From Fimbriosthenelais zetlandica (taxonomy: Eukaryota), in the NCBI GenBank assembly GCA_977030845.1, contig OZ365109.1, positions 23,808,001-23,872,000 on the forward strand: 64,000 bases of DNA. The letters run 5' to 3'. Shown here one piece after another: positions 51,777 to 64,000 of the stretch. Position 1 is the stretch's first letter, and the number at the start of each line of letters is the position of its first letter. The notes under the pieces are model-generated. The model was not told the DNA's origin. It did no database searches and saw only the letters and a program-made list of their open reading frames with translations. Both the position numbers and the translations under genes were made by a program.

Positions 51777-54700
51777 TTAGGAGGATGGAGTGGCGGGTGA
51801 TTGACTTCCTCGTTCCCGTTCCTTCTCACGTTCTATATCCTTGTGGTACTTGTCCACCTGAAAATGGAAAATCATATTATTTAAATTTAATCAAGAAAAG
51901 AGAGACGTCCAAATGGTAAGACCACTGTGATTTGACAATGCATTTCTTTTATTAGCATATTATTTTTTGTTTTACAATCCTCTTGATATAGGTACTGTGG
52001 CATGGATATGGCCAACATCTGAGAAATTTCTCATTTTGCCAATAAGCTTAACAGGTGTTCAATAATTTTAGTTTACAACTGTACCGTTCAATAAATGTCA
52101 TTTAGATACTTGTCACATTTAATATGTAGAAGAATGTTTAACTAAAATGTAGCATTAAATTTACTTTCGATTTTGAACACAAGTAGCTTCTTAATTTATA
52201 TTTTGTTAAAATGTGTTTATCTCGGTAATCATAGCGAACATATAAAATATAGAAATTAGGTCAAAATACAGAGGAAGATTGTATTTACAAAATGTACTAT
52301 TTTTTTCAAATCTAACTTATTTCTTACAATGCATGTCCGATGCCTACTATGAACAAAAATAAACCTGGTCGTGATTACTTACTATTTTCTTTACGTGCTG
52401 TAAGGCATTGCTTCCTTCTTTGCCACGGCAGTTGTCAACACCATACGGAGGTACGATGGTGACCTGCTCCATTACTATAATATTATCCTTGTCCCATCGT
52501 ACCTCGTTTATTCTAAAAGTAGGAAACAAAGATTATAGGTTAGAATGATACACAAAATTCGGACCTCTTAGTGTCAGTGCCAATACATTGCCATATAAAG
52601 CAAAAGACAATACAATAGGTAATACATGTATCTAGACTTGCACTGATTTATAAGTAGGTCTACTCACTGTAACAAAACAATTTTTATTTAGTTAGAATTT
52701 TTATAGAGTTATTGGTGAAGCCAGCTCACTCTTGGTGATTCAAGCTTTACGTATGGTTTTCAGCTGGGGGCTCATGTACGTGCAGATCTACATTGCCTCC
52801 TGCGCAATGGGTATTTCTAGGTGCAGGTGCTCTATAACGTATGTAAAACACATCAACACCTTGAGGAGGGAGTCATTGGAAATGCCTTGGACAGCTCGGG
52901 GGATTGAACCGCCGACCCTTCGATCATTGGTCTATCAGCTTGTATGAGTTTTGGCTCTAACCAACTGAGCTAACTCCCCTCCCAATTTGTGTCAATCTTT
53001 AAATAGATGGTAAAGTTCTGGTCTTCAGAAAAGGACCATTGAACAAAAAAAGTTTTAAAAAAAGAAGAAAATTGTTTACAATACACCATTAAAATCAATG
53101 ATACTCACGTCTTGGTTATGGCCGAAACTAAATTCTGGGCGATCGCTGAGACTCCTACACCAATATAATTTACTTGGCGCATCTTCTCTTCGGAATTGGC
53201 CCGAACTCGACTGGCAATCTGAGTGAGAGAGATTTGAATATTAAATAGTTTTGAAGCATTCAAAAGGCACTACCATCTACAGGCACCCTACAAGAATATA
53301 AAGTGCTTTTTAAAATCATCTTTAAATAAAATGCGTGCATTTTTTAACCTTGCCTATTTAATGTACAATAATATCTAGTAAAATAAAGTGTACCGGTAAC
53401 ACTTTTATGTCAAATATAGGGTAACACCATAACCAAAATTAATTTAATAAAAGCTGTACATTTTAAAACATTTATTTCAATCATAGAAATAAAACAAAAC
53501 AACTTTCACGGTTGGGTGGTTGGGCTACTATGACCTTTTCTTACCTTTCTAGATTTAAAATAAATGTGTCCAAGTTCACCAGTTTGTTTGGTAATAATAC
53601 ATGTACCGGGGTACCGGTATGTAAAAAATAAATTTGTGCATATATTGTTGGCGATAGTGTATCTACCAGCATACATACCTTGCCCATGTGGAGATTGGTC
53701 AGTGTGGGGGGAGGGTCAGTGGCCTCTTGAATAATTTGTACCTCACTGACTAGTGCTAAGTTGACTAACCTCACGTCATGAGTGTTAGGCTTGCCGCTAG
53801 ATGATGGACATTCTAGAGCTGGGTTAAGGAGAACTCATAATAAAACTTAGTATTTAGGGTATTTAAACAATTTTGTCTCTAGTTTAGACTGATATAGGGA
53901 CTTGTTTAAAGTATATCTATAGGTACCAGGCAGTGGTAAATACCGGTATATTATACGTCGAGTGTTCTATTAAATAATATTTATAGGCACATAACCAAAT
54001 GGAAACTAGTCATAATGTTACCAGTAATCATTAATAATCCCATTTCCCCTGCCAGACTAACCTTTAAAAATCCACTAAGCCATTATAATATCATCATGGT
54101 ACACCCGGAAAAGTTTTACAAGACAGTCTCACAACTCAATGATTAACCTCGTTAAATCAGGCAGCGTTTATCTTTAGAGATCAAGTATTCAATTGCATTA
54201 CCAAGAATTCTGATGATTCATATAGAATATAACTATAGAATTAATTTATAGGAATAGACTGAAGGCAATTATCTACCTCCTGTCCAGGTCGCCAATTACA
54301 ATCAGCCTAAAACCTGTGTACATAACAAATACCCTCTGTGAGAGAAAGATGTGTATTGAGAGGCAGACTAAAAATCATAGATGAGTACCAAAAAACACAC
54401 TTCAAACCTTAATATTTACTTAAAAACTTAATATATAAATCTATCTAATGCCTGTTACTCTGTTAAAATATACTTTGAAATTTAAATATTTCAAAAATCC
54501 ACTTTTTGACATAATTCCTCATGCTAGGACTAAGTGCTTTCCAAACATAGAAAAAGTAAAATCTTTTGTTCTAGGCCCACATAAAGCAACTCCACACCTA
54601 AATCCATCTATTTGTAATTCCTATTCCACTATGTGTAAAGTGAACATTTTCAAACTTCTGTCTAGACTCTTGTCTCTAAGCAAAGTACTGGTACTTAACT

Positions 54701-56159
54701 GCTGTAACAACACAGCCTCCAAGCCCTCTGTTCTAATCCTCCACTCTTGCACCCACCCACCCACCATTCTGACCTGTTGCCATGGCAACGAGAGAGTTTC
54801 CTCCTAGACTTGACCACAACTTCTTGGTCATACCTCTAAGCACACAAGTCAGGGTCTCCCCCTAGACTTGACCACAAACCCCTTGGCTGTATATAATTCT
54901 TTTGGATAATCACTTATTGTGTCAAAGTAATCAATTTCAGGCTAATGTTTTTAAATATGAGAGAACAGAAACTAAACTCTGGATAGGTATTACAAATTGT
55001 AGATTCAGATATTCTCTATCTTATACTTAACTTAATTCTCTCAGTGCCAGGAGAGGCATATAAGTTTCACTGTTACATGTGGACTCAAATGCTTCAATTA
55101 CCAGAGATGTTTCATGGCTTTCATTCAAAAGAAGCTGAACATTTCATTTTGCAATCAATCTTCTCATTAAATAGAGGCCATTGTTATGATTGACCAGCAG
55201 AGTTATTCACTGAACAGTTCAAATAAAAAATAGGATTAATGAAAGAAAGACTTCGGCAAGTCTCTCTCCAATAATCCTGACCCCACTCCAAGAGGCCAGT
55301 GGAGGGCGGGGGGCTGCTGCAGGTGCTACCTTGATCCCCTAGCTCCAAGTGACCTTTGTCTTAAATTTTGTGTATTGAAATGTATATATAGAAAAAATTA
55401 CTGGACTGCATAATGCAATACATGTATGCAAAGGTCTATTTTTGTGCTTTTTTTGTCTAGTACATACTAAGCTCTATCTTTAAAAATAAACTTGCCAGAG
55501 TGAAAAAAACATGAAAATATTGACCAAAATGGAAAATATTAAAAAATTCATAACAAATCAACCTATGAGTGGAATGCATAATGCGATATAGGTATCAACA
55601 GGTCTTTTTATGTACTTTAATTCATCTAATTCATTTTAAGCTTTATCTTTAAAAATAAACTTGCTGAATTAAATAAACTGAAAATATTAGGTTAATTAGT
55701 TTTTACATCACTGTGACGTCATCTTACGTCGTTTCAACCAACTACAAAATATATTTCTCATATATGCCTCACCCACTGACTGCTCATGAACCAAGTGTAA
55801 TCACTCTTGAATATTTTTAATCTGGCCGAAATAGCATTTAAGTGATTTCATACCCCTGACCTAATTCCATGTAACTAATTAGGTCAAAGGTCAAATATGT
55901 AGGTCAACTTCTAGTCCATCATGTATCTTTACACTACATACCATTCATCTTATTCTAGATCCGCATGGGTCCAAAAAAAATACAATCAAATTTTACCAAT
56001 TTGGCTGGTTTGGTGACGTCATATGACGTCATGTGATGACGTATGACATCCATTCATCACATGTGACCACTTCTTACTATGGTCTACAATATGTGTGAAA
56101 ACCAGATTCCTACCTCTAATATAAACCCGTTTTTCATCAAAAGTCTAACTACAACATTA

Positions 56160-56191
<32 letters not shown>

Positions 56192-57095
56192 AAAAAAAAA
56201 AATAATAGTGTAGAACAACGAGCACAAAATCTAAAACCCCATTTTCCCCATAAAGGGGAAATGGGATTAATAAGAAGCCTAGGCTAGAACAGGTCCCAGG
56301 GTTAAACTTCAAGTTCAACTTAAAGGGTCGATCTGGACAAGACGTTCTGGGCAAATTCTGAGACAATTTGGACAAATTCTGATACTATCAGAACAATTAT
56401 TTATAAATACCGGTACTCGCAATGTCATGGTTATAATAATGGCATTATTTATTAGCACTATATTAGCCGTGTCCAATTTCAAGTTACCAATTTTGCTGTC
56501 ATTTTCTTGGGAAATAGCTCCTATGAACAGGCACCAATACACAAACGGTAATGATCATTGATGGTGTGACTGCAGCCTCCCGAGTGACGAGTCGGTCTGA
56601 CACGGCCTCAGGCTCAGAGTCTGTGAGGGAGTGGAGCCAAGACATTAAAGCCATAAGGCATAAAGCATGGGAGTGGGACAGACTCGGGCAAGTCTCCCCA
56701 GTTTACAAACATTGTTTACATATTTCTCCAACCAATTCACACTTGTATCACACATTTTCAATTGAATTTCGGGACTGTTTACCTACAAAAGAATGTATAA
56801 AGGTTTTAGAGTGCATACGTTCATTGCAAGGCGTTAATTGTTTGATGATCGGGAGCTTGTTTCGGCAAGAGTGAACGAGGCCGACTGGTCAGCCAGCCTT
56901 TTCCTACCTCAAGTTTACCTCAAATTGATCCATGGTTATTGAACAGAAGCGCGTGTATTGACAGTAAAAAAGGATACTCAAGGCCAGCATTCTTGTCGTA
57001 TAATCGAACGCCATAACTTCTCCTTTGAATTTCTGGTTATGGCATGTTGTGCAGCTCACAATCATGCCGATATTGAAGCAGTCCCCTTCCGCCAT
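51777..57095 (-). CDS. LSM12: LSM12 homolog, 5 coding exons
   Basis: Exons 57095-56978, 53812-53679, 53218-53109, 52512-52383, 51857-51777. MAEGDCFNIGMIVSCTTC...[34 protein letters not shown]...[41 protein letters not shown] matches LSM12. Confidence 0.96.
52705..52983 (-). mobile_element. tRNA-derived SINE in LSM12 intron 3
   Basis: Minus strand GGGAGGGGAGTTAGCTCAGTTGGTTAGAGC...GGCGGTTCAATCCCC: clear A and B boxes, expanded loop region, unrelated body. 3' end is approximate. Confidence 0.7.
54776..54789. promoter_or_regulatory. Perfect palindromic RFX X-box (GTTGCCATGGCAAC)
   Basis: Exact 14-bp consensus; function not shown. Confidence 0.5.
55250..56150. repeat. Probable interspersed repeat (non-autonomous element) in the LSM12 U12 intron
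   Basis: Internal direct duplication (taagc..tatctttaaaaataaacttgc at ~55468 and ~55638) and clustered TGACGTCA / AGGTCAAAGGTCA motifs; ends undefined. Confidence 0.35.
56159..56202 (+). repeat. Poly(A) tract (~44 nt)
   Basis: Directly visible; possible retroposon tail, no TSD found. Confidence 0.85.
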
Positions 57096-57369
57096 GTTGA
57101 TCTTCATTTTGCGAGCCAACCGGCATATCCCGCAGTAAATTTAACCAAAAATATTAAATTGTGTTCATGCATTATGTGTCGAGTTAGAACCATTTTAAAA
57201 ATATATCTAAAATGGTATGATTATATATTACATGTTTTAAAAATTGATAGTCACCGATAATAATGATTCGGGGGTAAAATATTCACTGCGGGCTTCTCTT
57301 GGTCACTTCCGCTAAATTCAAAACAAGCTGTCGATCTCTTGTGTAAATGGGATTCTGATTCTGAAGAAA

Positions 57370-59425
57370 ATGGCAGCACGAGCGAAGCAGCGTTTTCCTG
57401 ATCTGGATAAAAAGACCAACAGTGAGCTTTTGGTACGAAAAATAACGTTTGTATATAAACAATATTGCTTATTGTTCCTGTGCCTCTGGCCCAGCCGGGA
57501 GCCCGGCCTTGAATTTTAATTTGAAAGGTCAGAAGCCGGGGCAAGGGCTAGGCTCCTCGGTAGGCTACTGGCCCAGTTTAGCCGGTCTGTTTATGGGGGT
57601 ATGCCTAGGCCTACATTTTAGCAACTGGCCTATGCCCTAGCCCTAGCCATTTTTAGGCTAAAAATGGATAAGGCTAGGCCAGTGGCTATCTAAGTTCTGG
57701 GAATCTGGCCAATTTCATTTATTACAAATTAGAGATGTAAAATTTTATTTATTTTAGGCAAGAATAAACTTGGCAAGATGGGTCCAAAATATTTATTTCC
57801 TAGTCTGCTGGGTATTTTATGTATTCCACCCTCCTATGAGGATAAAATATTTATTGATAATTCCCACCGTCATTTATGTCAATCTATTTATTTCATACGG
57901 TAGCCTACCGTACATATTCGGCACACAATTATTTATTTTATCCATACATATTCGTCACAAAATTATTTATTTTATAGATTACCTGTACGATCCCCACCCA
58001 TTACTAATGTAATGGTAGGCCCTAGGCCTAGCTAATGAGTAATGTTATGATCCCCTTCATATCTAGGAAATAATTGCCGGTTTGAGGTCTGAATGTGAAG
58101 AAAAAGAGAAAGCATGTAAGAAGGTTCAAGATGAAGTGCAGGCTATCCAACAAGAAATATCAGAAACGTAAGTAGAAGACTCGGTAGGCCCCTACCGGTA
58201 CCGTATTCAGACAATCTTTTAATTTTCATGCCAATGACTGAGGTCTATAAATTAGTACGGTAGGCCCTAGGCCTTCGGTAGGCCTATATTATAATAGCCT
58301 AGGCCTAATGTAGCCCACCGGATAATTTCAGGGCATAAAATTGTTCGACAGATGAGAAACTATCTTCTTTATGGTTTATCGTTTTATATCCGCTGTTAAA
58401 TAAAAATGTACTTTTTAATTATTTGTTTCCTAATTAAATGACCCCCCAAAGTTATTAATTAGGAATTTTGTATTTTATTGTAGGAATGAGGACAGGGCTT
58501 CAAAAAGGTCAGAATATGCCCAGGTCCAGTCAGTGTATCCTTTGGCAGAAAATGTCATCTCCTCCATCAAACAGAAAGACTCCCTTGAGAGGAAACTCAA
58601 GTAGGCATTTTACATTTGCATCTCCGAATTTACAAGGAGCAATTTATAATTTAGGGTTCCCACCAACTCTGGAAGTCAGGGAAAACCCGAAACATGACTT
58701 TCACAATTTCCAGAGGGGAAACTGAGGGAATTGACGAAAACAGCAAAAAAAAACTTTGTGAGATTTTAACGTTTACATAATGCTAGTGGATGAAATGTAG
58801 TGTAATCTTATCTGTTTCAGGGAAATTCACGAAACCAAAGAGGGACGAGAGAAGAAACGTACCCTTATGAAGGAAGAAATACAGTCCCTTGAGGCAGAAC
58901 ATAAAAGGATTTATGCCAATCATTCAGCCTTGTTAGAAAACTTAACGAACGGTAGGTACATGTTTAATTTCCAGAAAAGTATAATTTCTCCTTAAAATAT
59001 TTGTATCGATATATCCGGTAATTAGTAAATAGGGTACTATATTTCTGGGAAGAAGAAACCCCGAGTTGGATAATTATTAAACAAATTATTCCACTTTTTC
59101 TCAGCTTTACAATTATGATTTCTTAAGTAGATAATGTGCAGGACGCCATGGGAACATTTAATTTTTAAAAAGAAGTTAAGAGAGGTTGGAATAATATCAG
59201 TGTAAAATGTGGGATATTAATTCTGGAATTGGTTCTATAACCTAAAATTTAGTTGATATTTTTCGCTCTTCAGTAAAAAGCCAGGTTGATCTTGCCGCTA
59301 AAAAGACACCTCAGCTATCGCGGCCCTTGTCACGAAGAGAAGCTGATGAACACTTGGACGACCTCGTCCGACAGTACCTCCCGGGACGACTCTTCAAAAA
59401 CAGGCGTCGACGCGATGATCAATAA
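57370..59425 (+). CDS. 187-aa coiled-coil protein (SYCE1-like candidate), 5 coding exons
   Basis: Exons 57370-57432, 58067-58167, 58484-58600, 58821-58951, 59274-59425 join in phase (0,2,2,1) into a stop-free protein MAARAKQRFPDLDKKTNSELLEIIAGLRSEC...EEIQSLEAEHKRIYANHSALLENL...FKNRRRRDDQ*. Missed by the ORF track. The gene model is well supported; the SYCE1 identity is tentative. Confidence 0.8.
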
Positions 59426-60327
59426 TAGTCCGTTTAGTAATTAGTTATGTAAAATGACAATTTTGGCGACAGATTAGTATCTACATTTTGTAACTTATAA
59501 CCATAGTCGTTTTAATAGCATGAAAATGTCATGTTGTTTTAATAATTTGTCAAATAATTTTCCGAGGATTTTTTTTTATTAAAATTCCTCACTGCCTCAA
59601 GTTCAGAAGCTAATCTTCAGAATTCTCGCAAATACTTATTCTCTGAGTGCAGCTGTCTAGCATGCTTTTATCCCATGCACAATTTGAGTAGGGGTAGTTG
59701 GTCCCATTTTACTCTTTACCTTTTAGGTAGGTTATTTACCCATTTTCCAATCCCTAAGAGCACCAAGTAAAATTTATTATGACTGAGTATTATTGAAATA
59801 ATTTTACATAATTGTACATAATTCTTCCCATTCATGCAAGAAGACTTTTGTCTCTTTTCTCACAAACCTACTGGTATAATTCTATATTCAATATTAATTA
59901 CATATGTATTATATGTTAAATAGGAATTTTATAATTTTGCTTCAAGTTAGAAGGCGCAAATAATCATGTTTTAATGAAACAATTAACATTTTAAACAATT
60001 ATATAAGTATAACGGGTAATTAATATCTTTATTATCGTGTACATTTCCACTTTCTTCACCAATAAATTATAATCGAGTATAAAATATAATGTACCTATTT
60101 TTATAAAGTCTTCTATCTTCTTTAGATATAGTTGCACGAGTACAATTACAATATCTTCATTTATGAAGCAATTAATTTACATTACACTTTTATGTCTGCA
60201 CTAAGCATGAGGCTAATTACCGAAATGTCAAATATGATTGACCTCTTAATACTGAAAGAACATCTTTCCACAGATATGTCATGTAGTAGATAAATATGAA
60301 GTGTTCAGTTCCAATCGAAGTTTTACC

Positions 60328-63300
60328 CTACTCACTGCATCCCGGTGCTCTTTCCATATGATACATCGAGGGATGTCTGTGGAGCTGGTTGCAGTCATGA
60401 GACTTTTCATAAGTAAAACAGTCTCCCGAGTCAAGATTAAACGTCACAGCTTGACAGGTACTTTGCTTTTGACAGGATGAAATGCACTCTCCACTAGACC
60501 CAGCTTTGTGTTTTTTGTGGTCGTACGCCGTATGGGGAAAGTAAACTCCCATATGAACCAACCACCCCTCAGAAAGTTCTGTAAACAAATTATTAGTTCA
60601 CACATTTTACTTGGTCGTTGATCGCTGTCATATTCTCGTTATTTAGGATGTTGAATTGTACAGAAAACGATGTTTAAAATGTGTTTGTCTGGCTTACCTT
60701 TTGGTGGAAGATATCTGTGGTGCAGGAAATAGTGAGAGCTCGATTTGTTGGTCTCTGGCTCCAGACCCATATTATCTGTAATTGTACATACAACATGAAA
60801 GAATATTCTTAAAATTCTAAGGTAGAAATTGGTCACCAATTCATAAAATTAACTGCCCGATTCATGAATTGGGAAAATCAAATGCCCAGTTTATGAAATG
60901 TGCAAATTTTTTGCCCAATTCATGAAATGAGCAAGTGGTCTGTCCAATTCATGAATTGGGCCGTTTGACAAAGTGAAACGGGATGTAACAGTTAATAACA
61001 TGTGCATAATGCATATGTGAACATGTTACATAATGCATACTATAATTGTGCATTTCGTTCTCCCTTCTTCCCCATACCTCTTTCGTGGGAACTCTTTCTC
61101 TCTCACCTTCTCACTTTCTCTTCTCTCGTTCTATCACTCACCTATCTTACCTTCCTTCGAGTTCTACCCTTTCCATCCCCAGTCTCAATTTTCTCGTTGT
61201 ACTTACTACACTCTTTCCTGTAGTGATAGGTGAACTTCTCAGGTTTGATGACTGGACAGATGAGCATGTCATCCCTCACAATGTTACACACTTCCTTAGC
61301 TTGTACGTAATCAGCAGAAATGCATTCTGAATCAACTTCACATTCTTGGATGCATTGATGAAGGCTGAGGCCTTTTAGGTGCACCTGGCTTGCAATGCTG
61401 CTACATTGATAAAAGGCCTCGATGATTGAACTTTTGGAATCTAAGAGGAAAAGAAGTTTGATTAGATTCCATGTTTGTTGAAAATCTGTCAGCCAATATT
61501 CTTCCGGGCTATACTGTTATGATTTGTCATAATATAACTGTTGGTGGACAAAAAAATTACAAAAAGTTATAATGTAATAGAACTGAGAAGTGCAGGACTC
61601 ACCTTGGTTACAGGGTATTCTCTTGTAATGGCTTGAGTCTGGTGAAACCTCCAGCTTTGAACAAGCTGATTTGTGGTTGTGGAAAATACAGGTGCCTGAG
61701 GAGGCCAGGAAGTCGACGGATAAACAGTTAGTTTCCATGAGGCAAAGGTCGAGACATTGGTTCAAAGCTATAGCTGAGTACATGAATTCACCTCCATCAA
61801 CTTGTCTCCCATTAATAACCTCTACGTATCCTATAGTGTGAAAATTTGAAATGAAAAAGACTATGGGTTATCACAGTTCATTGATACATGTAGATGTGAA
61901 AAAAGTTCGTATTACAGGTTGAAATTTTGATTACGAAATCATTTTTGCATACCTGGCATCGGCCATAATGTCTTCGCCTTTACCATATGATCTGGAGTTG
62001 TAACTACCCCCTTTGAATGTTCTGTTGGTTGTTTTGCATCCCTATTCGTATCAAACTTAATTGTATCTCTTTGTGGATGATGCCTTGGAGCATATTGATT
62101 AAATTTTGGTGCCTCGGTTGCTTTAGGACCGTCCATTTTGTCTTGACCATAAGGTGATGTGAGTTTGGGAGTCTTTGGCTCAGGGGTGGTCTCACTCTGT
62201 CTGGTATATTGATTTTGGGGGACAGTTTTAGTTTCATCCTTCTTAGTGTAAGTCTGTCTCAAAGGCCCCAAAGTCGTGACAACCCTCCTAAACCCATAAT
62301 TTTGTTTTCGAAGAAGTTCTCTGTAGCGCAGTTCAAGCGAAACCAATATTTCTTTGTCCCTTTTTGTATGAGTAGGCATGGATTCTAAGGAGGAATGCTC
62401 CCGTAATTTACTGAGGATTTCCTTCCTCATTTGGAGCATGGTCAAAATGTTCCAGACCCGGAGACTGTGAGGATAATCCAGGCTGGCATCACTGAAGTCG
62501 ATGGCTTTCTCTCCATTCAATCTTGTGGCGTTCTTTTCTGTCGTGCTAGATGTACCAGAGGAACTGCCTCTACCATACAGTATTTTGACTTTTCTCGGGC
62601 GGGGCCCCCTTTGATACGTGTACCGAATACTTTTGTGCGATTTATCATTGTATTTCATGAAAGATTCTGTTGTGTGTGGTGGCATCATAGTTGACGATTC
62701 TTGGGAGTCGTGTTCCTTTCCTGCAAAAGCGAGATTATTTTTGGGCTTTTCATTAGAATTATTTTCTAAACGGTTATTCTAAACGGTTTAAAATCAGAAG
62801 GATCAGATTGATTACCTGTATTATTGCGTCCTTTCTGATTGACAAAGTTCAACAGGAGGTGTTCTGAAAGAAAAAAAATCAATTTGATGCAAGGTGTCTT
62901 GGAATATCTGTTTGGACAGTCGTGTCTTAGTCCATTATGGGTTTAATTTCACTACTCTTAAACCATTATAACTTAAAATATAATTTGAAACTAATATAGG
63001 GCCAAAATATTATCTTAATTAACATATACATGTATCCTAAAAATACCTATGCGATAGAGACTCCTGTGCAGAGCGTCATTGTCTGTAATAAAAACAAGGA
63101 CGTGTATTTAGAATAAAAATAGAGAACATAGTTATTCCGAGGATGGGGAAAATGATATCCTAGCTTAATCTTAGTTTAGTAGGTTTGAGGATGACGACTG
63201 AGCGGGGGTGTTTTGAATGTCCGTGAAGTTTGGGTTAATATCTACTATGGAAAGTATCCTTTTTAAAATATGAATGTTCCCTCACATCCCGACTAAAGAT

Positions 63301-63531
63301 TACCTGGCAAGGAAAGGTCTTGTTGGATCTTAATGAGAATGGTTTGGATATGGCTGACGTTTTCTTTGCTATCATATTGTTGCCCGTCTGTTTTGTTCGA
63401 CATGGTATCATTCGAACTTGCTTCATTCCTTTGGTGCGGCTTGTTATATTCGTTTTTGGTGCTGCGGTGATCTACTTCATCTTTTGATGAAATGAAATGC
63501 ACCACAAATACACAAATGTCATCTACATTTT
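60328..63531 (-). CDS. Protein with three C-terminal PAN/apple domains and a low-complexity N-terminal region; 5' end unresolved
   Basis: Phase-1 exons ~63531-63304 (acceptor uncertain), 63082-63047, 62863-62816, 62720-61953, 61830-61603, 61440-61207, 60775-60698, 60578-60328. Three C-x3-C-x5-C-x11-C PAN cores (QCLDLCLMETNCLSVDF, QCIQECEVDSECISADY, ECISSCQKQSTCQAVTF), one per exon. Confidence 0.8.
60855..60962. repeat. 29-bp x4 minisatellite with a palindromic core (gcccaattcatgaa(a/t)tgggc)
   Basis: Units start at 60855, 60884, 60913 and 60942. Confidence 0.8.
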
Positions 63532-64000
63532 CTTGAAAGCCCGAAGCTTATGTGTGTATCAGATTGTGGTTGAACTTCAATGACACCATTACATCATTTT
63601 CCTGCCGTCTTTTTGTAGAATATTGACAGTCGATTTTCTTCATTGGGAATTGTGTTGACAAGCGTATTTAACATAAGCGGACATTTGGACCTATCTTGTT
63701 AATGTTAGCTGTTTAGTTGGAAGATTGTTTTCTAAATTTGCTTGGAGAGGCTATCACTTTCAGGAAAATTGTGCTTTATTGTAACAGTTGATCTGAATGA
63801 TCAAATTGTTCAATTCACCAAGAACATATCGAAATGGCTTAATTTAATTTGACTTTAACTTGGCCATAATGGTTCGTAGGCTACACCGGGCAACACACTC
63901 TCTGATACACACGTCTCTGCCAACATAGTTACTATTTCCACATTTTACAATAAAACATTGAGTAATTGCTATAATTCTGAACATCATAAGAGGTGGCATA

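Larger units (their letters stand above)
53813..56977 (-). other. U12-type (minor spliceosome) GT-AG intron, LSM12 intron 1
   Basis: 5' splice site A|GTATCCTTTT; branch point TCCTTAAC (53830-53823) 10 nt before the AG; no real polypyrimidine tract. Confidence 0.92.

Noticed and set aside
56159-56202. Processed pseudogene ending in the poly(A) tract
   Set aside because: No upstream ORF or spliced-gene similarity and no target-site duplication seen.
63532-64000. Continuation of the PAN gene reading frame to the window end
   Set aside because: All three minus-strand frames contain stops; treated as intron or UTR, with the 5' end unresolved.

Overview
AT-rich eukaryotic (bilaterian invertebrate; mollusc-like repeats, taxon is inference) genomic DNA with intron-containing genes that I assembled by hand from GT-AG boundaries and reading phase. 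In order: the 3' end of a Ral GTPase gene with TWO same-phase terminal exons, each encoding a different hypervariable region and ending in CIIL (+); a ~2 kb foldback element; EAF (ELL-associated factor, -, 7 coding exons) with an intronless class A GPCR nested antisense in intron 6 and a 365-codon orphan exon in intron 3 that splices in frame to EAF exon 3; a palindromic minisatellite array; METTL6 (+, head-to-head with EAF); a GH27 alpha-galactosidase (+); RIF1 (-, 23 coding exons); a putatively myristoylated beta-propeller/SOCS-box gene (+); LSM12 (-, with a textbook U12 intron); a 187-aa coiled-coil gene with SYCE1-like features (+); and the 3' part of a triple PAN/apple-domain gene (-). 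Also tRNA-derived SINEs, microsatellites and a 128-N assembly gap. Best candidates for undescribed biology: KRAS4A/4B-style alternative C-termini on Ral, and an alternative EAF isoform. No prokaryotic features (CRISPR, operons) are present. All homology calls are from remembered protein sequences, not database searches.
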